Assembly: GCA_965208425.1 (NCBI GenBank)
Contig: OZ242335.1
Coordinates: forward strand, 6,151,181 to 6,215,180
Direction: 5' to 3'
From: Candidatus Poribacteria bacterium
GTDB lineage: Bacteria > Poribacteria > WGA-4E > PCPOR2b
Length of the DNA stretch: 64,000 nucleotides
The notes under the pieces were generated by a model that worked only from the letters and a program-made list of their open reading frames with translations, did not search any database and was not told the origin of the DNA. Shown here one piece after another: positions 8,481 to 18,235 of this stretch (position 1 is the stretch's first letter; the number at the start of each line of letters is the position of its first letter). A program made the position numbers and the translations under genes.

Positions 8481-9423
8481 TTGAATACTCATCAAACGCA
8501 TCGTCAAATGAAATTTTGCCTTCACACATTTGCTGCCGGACTTCCAATATCTTCCGTGCCGTAGGTAGTCCCTTCACTACAATTTTTGCCTCAATGTGCA
8601 ACCGTTGAAATAATTGATTAAGTTCGTTTACAATATGCTCCCGCATACATGCCTGCGTCCACCTCAATGTTATATTTCTATAATTCCAGTAGAACTCATT
8701 TCGGTATTCTAGGTTGTCATCCCCGTGATTCCAGCCCCACCGCGTCATAATCCTTGCTACGAAAATTTCTATCTCCCTGACGTAAAGTTGGAAGTTGAAA
8801 TATACAGGCCACTCTTGCATGCTCACTTCCTCCATTAAAAAAGGTGGGGTGGGATCCGGACAACGAGCTAGCTTCCTCAGCATTGCACGGTAACCTTGGT
8901 AACCACCCAACCTCTTCGGTATTGCGATATCCCAGATATCCTCCTCCGGTATCATAATGCAGCACCTTTCCCATACGCTACGGTCAGCCTTGGGAATTAC
9001 CTGGATGTACCTCCCAAAGACATGAAACAACCGCAGGGACGTGAAATTATACAATCGGCGTGCTTCGCCAGTTTCCACATCTCGGATAATCTCATGTACG
9101 ACACGACCATGCGATATAAGATAACGAGCAAGCTGCTCTACTGAATCACTCAACAACTCCTCCAATCTACGCCAGTCATGCCAATCCGTACTAGTGAGTG
9201 ATTCCAGAATTGCAACCGCGTGGGATTTATGTTCCGAATCGCCTTGTATGTCCACAGAGAAATTTGGGGACTGAAGCGATTCACCGCCAATTGGCATTAC
9301 CGCTAGGGAAGCATGTCGTTTGAACACATGTGTATTTGTATTGAAATCAATTTCTTCTCGTAAACTTGGAAAGTACTTGGCAGCGCGTGGTGCTTTCAAT
9401 TGTTCACAGGATTCAGATCTCAT
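8476..9423 (-). CDS. Hypothetical protein of 315 aa, distal gene of a three-gene operon (ATGA overlap with the upstream gene).
   Basis: ORF with operon context. No motif recognised. Confidence 0.5.
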   Translation of the reverse strand: MRSESCEQLKAPRAAKYFPSLREEIDFNTNTHVFKRHASLAVMPIGGESLQSPNFSVDIQGDSEHKSHAVAILESLTSTDWHDWRRLEELLSDSVEQLARYLISHGRVVHEIIRDVETGEARRLYNFTSLRLFHVFGRYIQVIPKADRSVWERCCIMIPEEDIWDIAIPKRLGGYQGYRAMLRKLARCPDPTPPFLMEEVSMQEWPVYFNFQLYVREIEIFVARIMTRWGWNHGDDNLEYRNEFYWNYRNITLRWTQACMREHIVNELNQLFQRLHIEAKIVVKGLPTARKILEVRQQMCEGKISFDDAFDEYSI

Positions 9424-11090
9424 GATGATTCGTCCATCGTATCGCGACTTTCCTCCCTTCTAATTGCTTCTTCGATATCCCCATGCCGCAGCAGCCTACC
9501 GAAATCCAAGTTTTTCCCATCTTCTCGCTGGCAAACATATTTCGCGATAAAAATGTCAATCCCATCGTAAAATAAAAAGTCGTCGTTTCTTGCGAATACT
9601 CTCACCAACGGACTTTTGTGTATCACAACAGTCTCGGTACCACCAAGGATGCCACCATAATCGAGGGCAATCTCTTTACGTTCCACATCCCCCAGTCGTC
9701 GTTGTATCATCTGCATCCATCTGGTTCTATTTGTGCTTCGGTGTGCTATCTCGAACGCTGATTCGGTGAGCGAGACAGCTTCAGCGAGAAACTTAAGCAG
9801 CGGAAGCTGCGACTGAGCTGAATCCTGGTCGAGATAATTGTCCCACTCCTTCACTATCGGTTCCTTCAGGCATACTGTATCGTGATAGTCAGAAAGTAGG
9901 TATGCGTAACCGCTAACTTCCATTAGGTCCAAAAGAGGCGCAACAGCGATTTTTAGATCTCTTTCAATTTGCCATACCGACATGTTTTCTTTAGGTTTCA
10001 GTTTTTCAAACTGTAGTGAGCTGCCATAAAAGTAACTTTTGAAAAGTGCGTCAACCATATCGCAATCATTTTCACACATAGCAGTAAGTAACGCTTCTCC
10101 AACGTTGTGCAGAAATTGTCCCGCAAAGTCTGGATACGATTCTGGTTTTGAGATCAAAGATAGTAGGATATTCTCAGTGGACATGAGCTTTAGAAGTTTT
10201 TTTTCTCGCTGCTTCCCTTTTTCTATTAACTTATCAATGTCCAAGCTTGGCCAGAGAAGATTTTCTATTCTTCGATCAGAATTGAGATCGCTCCAAAGAT
10301 GGTCCAGAGTATTTGTGTGATGATCCAGTTTGTTCCAATACTCTAACTCTGTTGATATCATTACCGCTGCCAACCATGGATGCTTTGAAGATGTTGCGAT
10401 CTCTATCCAATGCTTATAGAGATCGCCTGCTTTTTCATAAAAAAAACTCATTGCAGTCAGAAGGTTCTTTGCCTCCTGTTGTGCTATCAGCTCTTGAATA
10501 TACCAAGAAGGACTGATGACGCACCCTTCAACTCTTTCCTCGAATTCAAGCCTTGAGCGCAGCCATTCAAGTTGTGTCAGAATATGTACAGCAAATCCGG
10601 CTTTGTAGATTGATTGCTCTGACTTCCATGTAATACGATGGATACGCTGAAGTATCTCAGCCCGTCCATAAGATTCAATAGCACTAATATAGGCCAGAAG
10701 AACATTAATCGGCATCATTGCCAACTGTTCACAAATTTGCATGTGTTCCAGGGGTTCTTCTGCAACAACCTTATCCTTCTTGACAAAAATAAGAGCTTCA
10801 CAATGGGAAAAAATATCGCGTATCAGGTCGAATGCAAATTCCACCTGCTGCTCTTTTACAAGTTGTTGGATATAAGCGTCAAGATCGCCGAGGAGTTTGT
10901 CAGCTAAAGCATAACGTTTGTTTCTTATGTTGATTTCCAGACAACCTTTCACGATTGGTAATATTGCAGCTTCAATCCATCTTGGGTCGCTTACGAGTTT
11001 TGGCCGCAGTCCGGTAGCAGTCTCGTGTGCCAGAGATGTTTCTGTATCACCTGATACCAATCTGGATGCATGACTCGCTTCTCGTACCAT
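9420..11090 (-). CDS. Hypothetical protein of 556 aa, predicted all-alpha, middle gene of the three-gene operon. Its annotated start overlaps the upstream gene by about 100 bp, so the true start may be internal (for example the GTG for ...IVKGCLEIN).
   Basis: ORF. No motif recognised. Confidence 0.5.
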   Translation of the reverse strand: MVREASHASRLVSGDTETSLAHETATGLRPKLVSDPRWIEAAILPIVKGCLEINIRNKRYALADKLLGDLDAYIQQLVKEQQVEFAFDLIRDIFSHCEALIFVKKDKVVAEEPLEHMQICEQLAMMPINVLLAYISAIESYGRAEILQRIHRITWKSEQSIYKAGFAVHILTQLEWLRSRLEFEERVEGCVISPSWYIQELIAQQEAKNLLTAMSFFYEKAGDLYKHWIEIATSSKHPWLAAVMISTELEYWNKLDHHTNTLDHLWSDLNSDRRIENLLWPSLDIDKLIEKGKQREKKLLKLMSTENILLSLISKPESYPDFAGQFLHNVGEALLTAMCENDCDMVDALFKSYFYGSSLQFEKLKPKENMSVWQIERDLKIAVAPLLDLMEVSGYAYLLSDYHDTVCLKEPIVKEWDNYLDQDSAQSQLPLLKFLAEAVSLTESAFEIAHRSTNRTRWMQMIQRRLGDVERKEIALDYGGILGGTETVVIHKSPLVRVFARNDDFLFYDGIDIFIAKYVCQREDGKNLDFGRLLRHGDIEEAIRREESRDTMDESS

Positions 11091-11959
11091 AGGCTATCGG
11101 TCGGAATCAATTTTTTTCCTGTTTCATAGTACATGAGAAATAAGAGGAGACGTTTGCACAGATTGGCAAATGGCTGGCCATTCAGATGCAGTTCTTTTTC
11201 CGCTATTTCAGACACAGCAGTAAGCGTTTCTATGGCCCTTTGAGCAACTCTATAAGCATGATTTTGGAATGATTGATCAGACCAGCGATAACCACCAGCT
11301 TGCATTTGTAGATAATACCGTCGTAACTGTTTGAACAAGCGATCAGAGAGGGTCGTGGGATCAGACAGATAAAACGCGCGTGCTCCCAATCGAACGAATC
11401 CAATAATTGTCAATCCTGCCCCTAGTAGAAGTAGTGGTATTGCCAGTATGATTGGTTCGCGACCTAGGGCGTGGAAAATGAGTAAGCATACACCGAAATA
11501 GGTAAATACAGCGATGCAGCCCATGTAAGCGTTACCGACTTGTTCTTTAGCTAGTAAGCTTCGGATGTTATTGGGGACCTTCGCATAGATAGCACCACCT
11601 AGAACGCTAATGGCAGCATAATAAAGACCGATGAATAAACCTCCGGCACCTACGACGGTAGCGAGCAGAGTTCCGTAGTGGTTCTCTTTGGGGATGGTAA
11701 AGCCTATTTCTGTGAACAAGGAAACGAAATATGAGTTAGTAATTTGGAGACCGAAGACTGTGAGGGGCACCAAGACCAGTTCGACTAGCGTGGACTTCAG
11801 TAGAGACAATAGAAATTTTGTTGTTGTACTCTCCTCCCGCATCCAGTGTTTCATTCCGAACAGCATTCGATAACTGACGAATACGAGATGTGAAAGAGCT
11901 CTTTTGGTCCTCCAGAAGAGCCGGGTTTGGGCGAAAAAAAGAAACAAGGAATTAAGCAT
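10991..11959 (-). CDS. Integral membrane protein (about 4 TM helices) with a ~130-aa cytoplasmic C-terminal domain. First gene of the three-gene operon.
   Basis: Hydrophobic segments LLATVVGAGGLFIGLYYAAISVLGGAIY, YMGCIAVFTYFGVCLLIFHAL and IILAIPLLLLGAGLTIIGFVRL. Confidence 0.5.
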   Translation of the reverse strand: MLNSLFLFFAQTRLFWRTKRALSHLVFVSYRMLFGMKHWMREESTTTKFLLSLLKSTLVELVLVPLTVFGLQITNSYFVSLFTEIGFTIPKENHYGTLLATVVGAGGLFIGLYYAAISVLGGAIYAKVPNNIRSLLAKEQVGNAYMGCIAVFTYFGVCLLIFHALGREPIILAIPLLLLGAGLTIIGFVRLGARAFYLSDPTTLSDRLFKQLRRYYLQMQAGGYRWSDQSFQNHAYRVAQRAIETLTAVSEIAEKELHLNGQPFANLCKRLLLFLMYYETGKKLIPTDSLWYEKRVMHPDWYQVIQKHLWHTRLLPDCGQNS

Positions 11960-12127
11960 TGTTGGTCACTATAGGAGTTAGATTCTGTTGACATTTGGGG
12001 ACAAAACAGATGGTAAAAAACAGGCAATAAGTATACCCCACAAATGTTAAGAATTCCACATAAATATTAAGTATTGCAAATGGCACGAACAAGTGGATAT
12101 GGGGATCCCCTTTACAAAATCGTTCCA

Positions 12128-12185
12128 AAGGACTTATCCTGTTAATCCTTCAATCCTGAAAATCCTGATTCAGACATTTTCCGCC
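12128..12185. repeat. C-family repeat arm (aatcctgaaaatcctgattcagac) abutting the stop of the RM gene.
   Basis: Sequence comparison. Confidence 0.55.
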
Positions 12186-15100
12186 CCCTCCACAATAGCG
12201 ATTTCTTCAGGAGTCAAGTTGTATAATGAGTATACTTGTTGGTTGATTTTCTCTTCAAGAGCATCTGTGTCTCCATCATAGTTTAATTTTTTAATACATA
12301 GAATTTGCTCTACTAGGGTTACGATTCGATCGTGCTTTACTTTTCCACCTGAACTAGCGAAGTCTAGAGAAGGAAGTGGCAATTGTTCAATGTACTGTTT
12401 ACTCGCAGCAAAATAGCCACTCCTGAAATTCGTTGAAACTTGCTTTAGATAAAAATCAAGCAAACGGGAATTTAATAAGCCGCATAAAAAAGCCAAACTT
12501 CCAAACGAGCGACGGATTGTGATTCCATAGCCACCTGTAGTTACATTGATAAAATAATAGTTATCATCATAGTCTAAATACGCCGATAATTCTGTAATCA
12601 TATAAGGTATCATTAATTTTGGCTGCTCCCAAAGCCCAAGATTTTGAGTCCGACCAAAACGATACCATTGTTCATCTGTAAATTTACCCTTTTCGCGTGC
12701 TTCCAGAACTTTTCTGTTACGATTTAGATATGCCCAAGCTAATGGATAATTCTGTTGCATTTCATTTTCAGAGAACAGTCTTGCAGAGTGATTTTTAATT
12801 TCATAGGGAAAAAGGACAAAAGCTGACGGTCTCGCTCTATATCGATGAACGTGACCACTACGAATAACAGGTTTTAGCACTTCTAACTCAACCGGAACCC
12901 ACTCCATGAGAGATTCAGAATATATATCAATTATGTCCTCTTCTTGATTAATCTCATATTTTTTGAAGAGAAGAACCTTGTCTGTACTTGTAATTAATCC
13001 CTGATAAATCCTATTTGACACATCCGCTAATTTTAAGGGCATTTTACGTAATTTATCAAAAACCCTTCCCTCTTTTCCCACCACAAAATTCCACGCTGCA
13101 CTCGTGACCTCTGTAGCCGAAACCATTCCTTCAACAGTCTCCCCTCTGTTACGCCACGCGAGTATATCGTTCACTTTGATGAAGCGAAAATCATTACTAC
13201 CACCTTTATTCAAAAAGAGCAAACAAGTATAGTTAGTTGCCCCCTCGAAAATCTGCTCATCTCCAAAGTGAACGATACTTTTCAGATATTTCCCTCTTGC
13301 GATCAACCTTCGCAAACCTTCGCCATATTTTGCATTGAAAAACTTATGTGGCAAAATATACGCTAATTGTCCATGACCATTTAGTAAAGCCAACCCTTTT
13401 TCCGCGAAGATCACATAAACATCATAGCTGCTAACTGCCGATTTATAATATTCATTATACAATATTTTCAGTCCCGGGTCCAAACTTTGCACTCGAATAT
13501 ACGGCGGGTTCCCAATTACTACATCAAACCCCTCCGCCACACCAAACATCCACTCCGGATCAAACCACTCCGCGCTTGAGTTCTGGTCGTAGGGGTCCCA
13601 AGCGGCGACTTTATTCGCATCATCGGCGGGCATACCGATATGCTTTAATTCCGTTGCTAACGCTTGACGCAATTTCTTGTCTTCTCGTTTACACGCCAGT
13701 TTCTGTGGGCGGGTTGTGGCATGGAAATGCCGCTCACGATTTTCGCCCAATTCTACCTCCAGAGCTTTCGCTTGGGGACTGGTCAGAGTTCGCTCTCCCT
13801 CAAGGCCGATGAGTGTGTTCGCTGCGATAAACCGCGTCTCCAGATTCGGCAGCGGCTTAATCCCAAAGTTATCGGCATTGTTATCCGGCTCCTGCTCAAT
13901 GGCGAGGGAGATGAAGAAGCGGAGTTTAGCGATTTGGCAGGCGATGGATTGAATGTCCAAGCCGAAGATGCTATTTTGGATGAGGTATAACTTCCGTCCG
14001 AAATCCCCCGAATAGTTTTCAAAGATTCTGCTAATTTCCTTGAGCTCTTCGTCGCGGGTCTGTCTATCCTTTGTATCAAACGCAGCCGCCGCCCGCTGGA
14101 TGGCACGTTCTTTCTGTAGCTGCTCCCACCGGGCGTTATCGGGGTCAAGCCGCCGCAGTGCGAGGGTCAATTTGTGCAGCACCCCCATCGGAAACGCACC
14201 CGACCCCACCGCCGGATCTAGTATTTTGAGTTCTGAAATTGCCCGCACCACCGCGTCGGCTTCGCGGCTGTCGAAAAATTCGCTCGCATCGTCAAACGCC
14301 TTTGCGTAGTCGAACAGATAGCGCAGCCGCTCGTCCGTTGACGACACCTGCGCTGCGAGTGCTGCCACCAGTGCCTCCTCCACCATATAGTCCACGATGG
14401 GGCGCGGGGTGTAGTAGGAGCCGGTCTGTTTCCGTGCTGTTGCGCCGGTTTCGGGGTTATAGGCGGCGAGTAGGTTTTCAAACACCTTGCCGAGTAGTTC
14501 CGGATCTAACGCGACCTCTTGCTCTATCGGTGTGTTCTCCTCAACGGTGAACTTGTAGCCTTTCAACAGAGGAATCAGACCGCGATCGACATCAAAGAAT
14601 AGATGGTTGGGAAGGCTTAACTTTTTGTAGTGTTCATCGGAAAAGCAGTCAATCCGATAGCCGCCGTCGCGTGTCGCTTCCTCGCTATCAAGGCAGTCAA
14701 ACAAGCCGCCGTTGATAAATGGTGTTTTTTCAAATAGCGTCAACAGTTTATCGGGGTCGGTTACCTGATCTTTGTAGCGATACAGTGAGAAATTGCGATG
14801 CCCTGTGTTTCCGCCTTTGGTGAACCGACGCTTCTCTATCTCGGTGTTCAGTGTCGCAAAAAACAGGTTCTGTAGCACGGCGCGATAGTAGGAATCGCCG
14901 GTGTCCTGATCGTAATCCTTCAGCAATGGGGCGATTTGTGTCTCACTGAACAGTGCATCGGCGATCAGTCCCTTCTCCTTGATGAACCAGACGAACAGCA
15001 GGCGCGTGATTAGGCGAATGACGTGCTCCTCCGGCTTCAAAGCGCGCTTTTCATTTGTTGGAAACTTCCCCTCAGCAACCGCCCATTCAAACCAGGTGAA

Positions 15101-15802
15101 CAACTCCCGGTAGAATTTCCTGTTGAGTTCTTCGGTGTCCAGTGTCTTTGCCCAGGCACGATGCAGCTCGACAAAATTGTGGATACCGTGCGTTTGGTTC
15201 AACGGTTCAAGGGCAAGATCGAAGAGGATGTCGATGTGGGCGCGGTGGGGGTCCTTGAAATCAATATCCTTGATGAGGGTTACTTTTTCGAGGACATCGC
15301 GGGATGGGTCGGAGGTGTGCAAACGGCGATCGATAATTGACAACGTGAGCGTCTCGCCGTGCTGAAAGAGCAGCATCGCGGGCATTATGAACAATTTGTT
15401 GATTTCGCGGGTGATTTGTGACAGTTGGGTGCGGTTGTAATTGCTGCCTTCCAACCGGAGCGCGAAGAAAAGGTAGGATTGGATGATGGTGTTATCCACC
15501 TGCGTCTGGCTGGGATCGAACAGCCATCCGGTTGCATCTGTGAGCGTCAGGTCATCGCCGCTGAGTTGGAAAAGCAGGTCAATGGAGCTCCACTCCCCTG
15601 TCAATGCCCTATCGTGATTTAGTTTGCCTTGCGAATCGTACGCGGCGATAAACGCCTCGGCGGTGTTCGATTCAAGGGCTAGGGTCCTTTCGCTCTGATA
15701 GCCGAGTGTGTTGAGCAGGTTTCGGGCGTTTTGGACGAGGCCCCCCGTGGTGAAGCGGTTTAGGGCTTTCGTGATGGCGGCTTTGTGTTGTGGGTCGTTC
15801 AT
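12170..15802 (-). CDS. Type IIG restriction-modification enzyme (Eco57I/MmeI-like fused endonuclease, gamma-class N6-adenine methyltransferase and TRD).
   Basis: 1210 aa. Motif I LDPAVGSGAFP, motif IV VVIGNPPYIRVQ, C-terminal TRD with CGLLNSRLLDFY and terminal ...LYNLTPEEIAIVEGAENV. No BREX partner genes nearby. Confidence 0.85.
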   Translation of the reverse strand: MNDPQHKAAITKALNRFTTGGLVQNARNLLNTLGYQSERTLALESNTAEAFIAAYDSQGKLNHDRALTGEWSSIDLLFQLSGDDLTLTDATGWLFDPSQTQVDNTIIQSYLFFALRLEGSNYNRTQLSQITREINKLFIMPAMLLFQHGETLTLSIIDRRLHTSDPSRDVLEKVTLIKDIDFKDPHRAHIDILFDLALEPLNQTHGIHNFVELHRAWAKTLDTEELNRKFYRELFTWFEWAVAEGKFPTNEKRALKPEEHVIRLITRLLFVWFIKEKGLIADALFSETQIAPLLKDYDQDTGDSYYRAVLQNLFFATLNTEIEKRRFTKGGNTGHRNFSLYRYKDQVTDPDKLLTLFEKTPFINGGLFDCLDSEEATRDGGYRIDCFSDEHYKKLSLPNHLFFDVDRGLIPLLKGYKFTVEENTPIEQEVALDPELLGKVFENLLAAYNPETGATARKQTGSYYTPRPIVDYMVEEALVAALAAQVSSTDERLRYLFDYAKAFDDASEFFDSREADAVVRAISELKILDPAVGSGAFPMGVLHKLTLALRRLDPDNARWEQLQKERAIQRAAAAFDTKDRQTRDEELKEISRIFENYSGDFGRKLYLIQNSIFGLDIQSIACQIAKLRFFISLAIEQEPDNNADNFGIKPLPNLETRFIAANTLIGLEGERTLTSPQAKALEVELGENRERHFHATTRPQKLACKREDKKLRQALATELKHIGMPADDANKVAAWDPYDQNSSAEWFDPEWMFGVAEGFDVVIGNPPYIRVQSLDPGLKILYNEYYKSAVSSYDVYVIFAEKGLALLNGHGQLAYILPHKFFNAKYGEGLRRLIARGKYLKSIVHFGDEQIFEGATNYTCLLFLNKGGSNDFRFIKVNDILAWRNRGETVEGMVSATEVTSAAWNFVVGKEGRVFDKLRKMPLKLADVSNRIYQGLITSTDKVLLFKKYEINQEEDIIDIYSESLMEWVPVELEVLKPVIRSGHVHRYRARPSAFVLFPYEIKNHSARLFSENEMQQNYPLAWAYLNRNRKVLEAREKGKFTDEQWYRFGRTQNLGLWEQPKLMIPYMITELSAYLDYDDNYYFINVTTGGYGITIRRSFGSLAFLCGLLNSRLLDFYLKQVSTNFRSGYFAASKQYIEQLPLPSLDFASSGGKVKHDRIVTLVEQILCIKKLNYDGDTDALEEKINQQVYSLYNLTPEEIAIVEGAENV

Positions 15803-15837
15803 TGAAAACCCCTTGGCTCATTTCAACTGTCGCTCAT

Positions 15838-15950
15838 ATTATGGTAGATTTTAGGATTAATGAGACACTCCAAATCGGCGCAGTTGCAAACAGCGCCTAC
15901 CAAACATGGGGAGCGAAAGTGTTTATTTATTTTTTCAATTCACTATAAGA
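15838..15950. mobile_element. B-family MITE copy (inverted orientation: ...ttaggattaatgagacactccaaatcgg ... gcgaaagtgtttatttattttttcaattcactataag).
   Basis: Ten copies share the termini 'ctatagtggatcttagaattaatgagacactccaaa' and its reverse complement. Confidence 0.7.
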
Positions 15951-16050
15951 AATCGTGCAACAGAAACCAAGTTTTCAAGTCCCGATTCTCGGGATGATCG
16001 ACTAGTCGGCAAAAAACTCGGTTTCTATAACTGTTTCATGATTGCACGAT
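15948..16050. mobile_element. A-family MITE copy with an inserted cccgattctcggg sub-hairpin. It overlaps the last ~8 codons and the stop of the 16025-17170 gene.
   Basis: Core gaaaccaagtttt...aaaactcggtttc flanked by cgtgcaa/ttgcacg. Confidence 0.65.
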
Positions 16051-17170
16051 CTGCCGCCCATGCACCGGAGGATGTATTAGAGATTACGGTTATAATTGTA
16101 TCCTTCGCAGGGCATGTGCTCTTGAAAGAAACGCCGGCATCCCAACCGATGAGAAAGTGAACTGGATTTCCGCCCTCCTCATGGTCAATCCAGATACCGT
16201 GACCGTAAAATCTATTATCTTTGTCTTTGACCGCCTTTTCCAGAAACAGATTCGTCAACTGTTTAGAAAGGATTTTTTCGTCAAAAAATGCCCTCCACAA
16301 CTTGTCCATATCTTTTACTGTTGTGAAAGCCCCCGCATCAGATGATCCGACAATTGGCAAGGTAAAAATGTTGGTTCTCCAACCGTCGTCCTCGTCAATA
16401 TATCCGAAAGCCGTGCGTTCTGGCAAACGGTCCATCGCAAAAAATCCCGAATCACTCATGTCGCATAACTCAAAGATATTTTCTTGTATAAAGTCGATAT
16501 AGGGCGTTCCTGAGATTTCTTCAATGACGATTCCTAGTAGAATAAACCCTCCGTTTGAGTAGGAAAACCTTTCCCCTGGGTTAAACTTCATTTTTCCATC
16601 ACGAAATAGCGGTATGTAATCCTTGAGATCTCTTAGTTCAAAACAGGGGATAGCCAATTGAAAATTATCGACATCCGCAATAAGTTCCTCATCATAATAG
16701 TCGTAAACCCCAGAGGTATGGGTTAAGAGGTGGTGGATAGTGACATCTTCTGAAATATTCGGAAAATCAATATTTACACAGTCACACAACCTTGAAGTTA
16801 AAGAGAGTTCGCCACGGTCGATCAGTTTTCCGATTCCGAGCGCAGTCAGAAACTTTGTTCCTGACGCTATTCCGAAACGGGTGTCGATAGTATTCGGAAT
16901 TTTATTGCTCCTATCCGCATAGCCGTAGGCTTCTTCAAATTCTACGTTTCCGTCAAGTTTAACGAAAATCACGCCTGAAAAGCTAGTCTCACTGACGGTT
17001 TGTTCTATCACCTGATTTAACTGAGGGGCGTACATAAATACCTTTCCATGTGTCCGTGCATCAGCAGAAGGATCGCTTGCCCGCTGTAGGAGAGGCGGCT
17101 TCGCCTCAATGCACACTCTCGAATGCTTCTTAGCTGTGATGCAGCCGATAACCCGTGCAATATACACCAT
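16025..17170 (-). CDS. Serine hydrolase of the beta-lactamase/PBP (class C-like) fold. The likely true start is the internal Met MYAPQL at about 17035.
   Basis: SxxK motif GIASGTKFLTALGIGKL and overall beta-lactamase-family features. The first 45 codons of the ORF-track model read into the repeat region. Confidence 0.7.
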   Translation of the reverse strand: MVYIARVIGCITAKKHSRVCIEAKPPLLQRASDPSADARTHGKVFMYAPQLNQVIEQTVSETSFSGVIFVKLDGNVEFEEAYGYADRSNKIPNTIDTRFGIASGTKFLTALGIGKLIDRGELSLTSRLCDCVNIDFPNISEDVTIHHLLTHTSGVYDYYDEELIADVDNFQLAIPCFELRDLKDYIPLFRDGKMKFNPGERFSYSNGGFILLGIVIEEISGTPYIDFIQENIFELCDMSDSGFFAMDRLPERTAFGYIDEDDGWRTNIFTLPIVGSSDAGAFTTVKDMDKLWRAFFDEKILSKQLTNLFLEKAVKDKDNRFYGHGIWIDHEEGGNPVHFLIGWDAGVSFKSTCPAKDTIITVISNTSSGAWAADRAIMKQL

Positions 17171-17194
17171 CCGTTTAAGCGATTGAGATAAATG

Positions 17195-17280
17195 ACACCT
17201 GTCGCCCCGCTGGGGCTTGGCAGAAGTTTTATCGCCCTTCTATAAACATATCGCCCCGCTGGGGCTAAATACATGCTTCA
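17195..17280. repeat. D-family pair of hairpin units (gtcgccccgctggggc, about 47 bp apart).
   Basis: Sequence comparison. Confidence 0.55.
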
Positions 17281-17390
17281 CGTCCTCTATCCTGAAAATC
17301 CTTAAATTCTGAGTATCCTGATTCAGACAATAATCCGTGTCATCTGTGTCATCTGCTTAATCCGCAATTCAGACAAAAAAAGTAATTATG
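17281..17390. repeat. C-family repeat copy.
   Basis: tcctgaaaatcc...atcctgattcagacaa...aatccgcaattcagacaa. Confidence 0.5.
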
Positions 17391-17809
17391 CACACCCCCA
17401 TCTAAGTAGCAGCACCTTTTCGACTGGAACTTCGCTCAACTTGCCAGCACGAGCATGGAGAACGTAGGAGTTATGGTACATCGTTTTGAGGGTATCGACG
17501 GAGGAGATATCCACGCCACCGAGGCGATCAGTTTTGAGGTTTGGTTCAGCCATGATGGGCATCGGTGTTTCTCGCTTTCTGCGTGTATCATCGGGGCTAG
17601 GAAGCCCCTCCCACAATCGATAAAAATATATCACGCACTATGAACAGCGTCAAGGTTAAATCTACCATTGGCGGGAAAGGATGGTGCACTACCCGAAGGA
17701 GCGTCAGTGTTTCGTACTTGACCGCCTTCCAGGTATGTGATACAGTGATTTGGAATCTGCAGCCTCGTTGAAACGGTTGGTTCATTCATTCTTCTTACGT
17801 TCCACCCTT

Positions 17810-17960
17810 CGGATACACATGTCGCCCCGCTGGGGCTTTAGGATATTTGTTTATCCGTGTCCTATAAACATGTCGCCCCTCTGGGGCTAAATGAACCGCT
17901 GAACCAATGATTTTCACGTATCACGTTATTAACAGCTGCAAACTAGTGCTCAGTCAGATA
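17810..17960. repeat. D-family pair plus a ~95-bp extension that recurs inverted at 52640-52745.
   Basis: Sequence at 17850-17955 is about 90% identical to the reverse complement of 52640-52735. Confidence 0.6.
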
Positions 17961-17964
17961 AGTT

Positions 17965-18110
17965 TTACAATTATAGGACTTACGCATTCCAGATTGTAGT
18001 TGCCCGATTCATCGGGCGTATCGGGGCAGGTCCCGATTTATCGGGATCCTCGCTTCGCGGGAGATGCCCCTCCCACACACCCCTCAGTGCCCGCTAAAGG
18101 GGGCGAAAGG
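17965..18110. repeat. E-family composite repeat (ggacttacgcattccagatt ... cccgattcatcggg ... atcggggcagg..gatgcccctcccac).
   Basis: Related copies at 2524-2560, 17560-17625 and 59064-59215. Confidence 0.5.
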
Positions 18111-18235
18111 GCTTTGACCGTTCGGCTGGGCAAGTCCTGATATGTTATTGTTTGCTTGCAATCAATATACACAAGCATAATTTGCCTGACAGGGTACTAG
18201 CACTATTGGTCAATAGGCCGAGGTAAGAAACGATT

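Noticed and set aside
9420-11959. Wadjet, Kiwa or Zorya assignment for the three-gene operon.
   Set aside because: Gene sizes and content do not fit. There is no SMC-like ATPase, no DUF4868-like signature could be recognised, and there is no MotAB-like pair. The operon is left as unknown.
12170-15802. Possibility that the 1210-aa methyltransferase-nuclease is BREX PglX.
   Set aside because: No brxA/B/C, pglZ or brxL genes are present within 15 kb on either side. A stand-alone type IIG enzyme is the simpler reading.
17386-17634. 82-aa minus-strand ORF in the repeat-rich 1-kb intergenic region.
   Set aside because: It has no RBS and no recognisable motif, and it is embedded among E/D-family repeats. 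It was kept out of the feature list.
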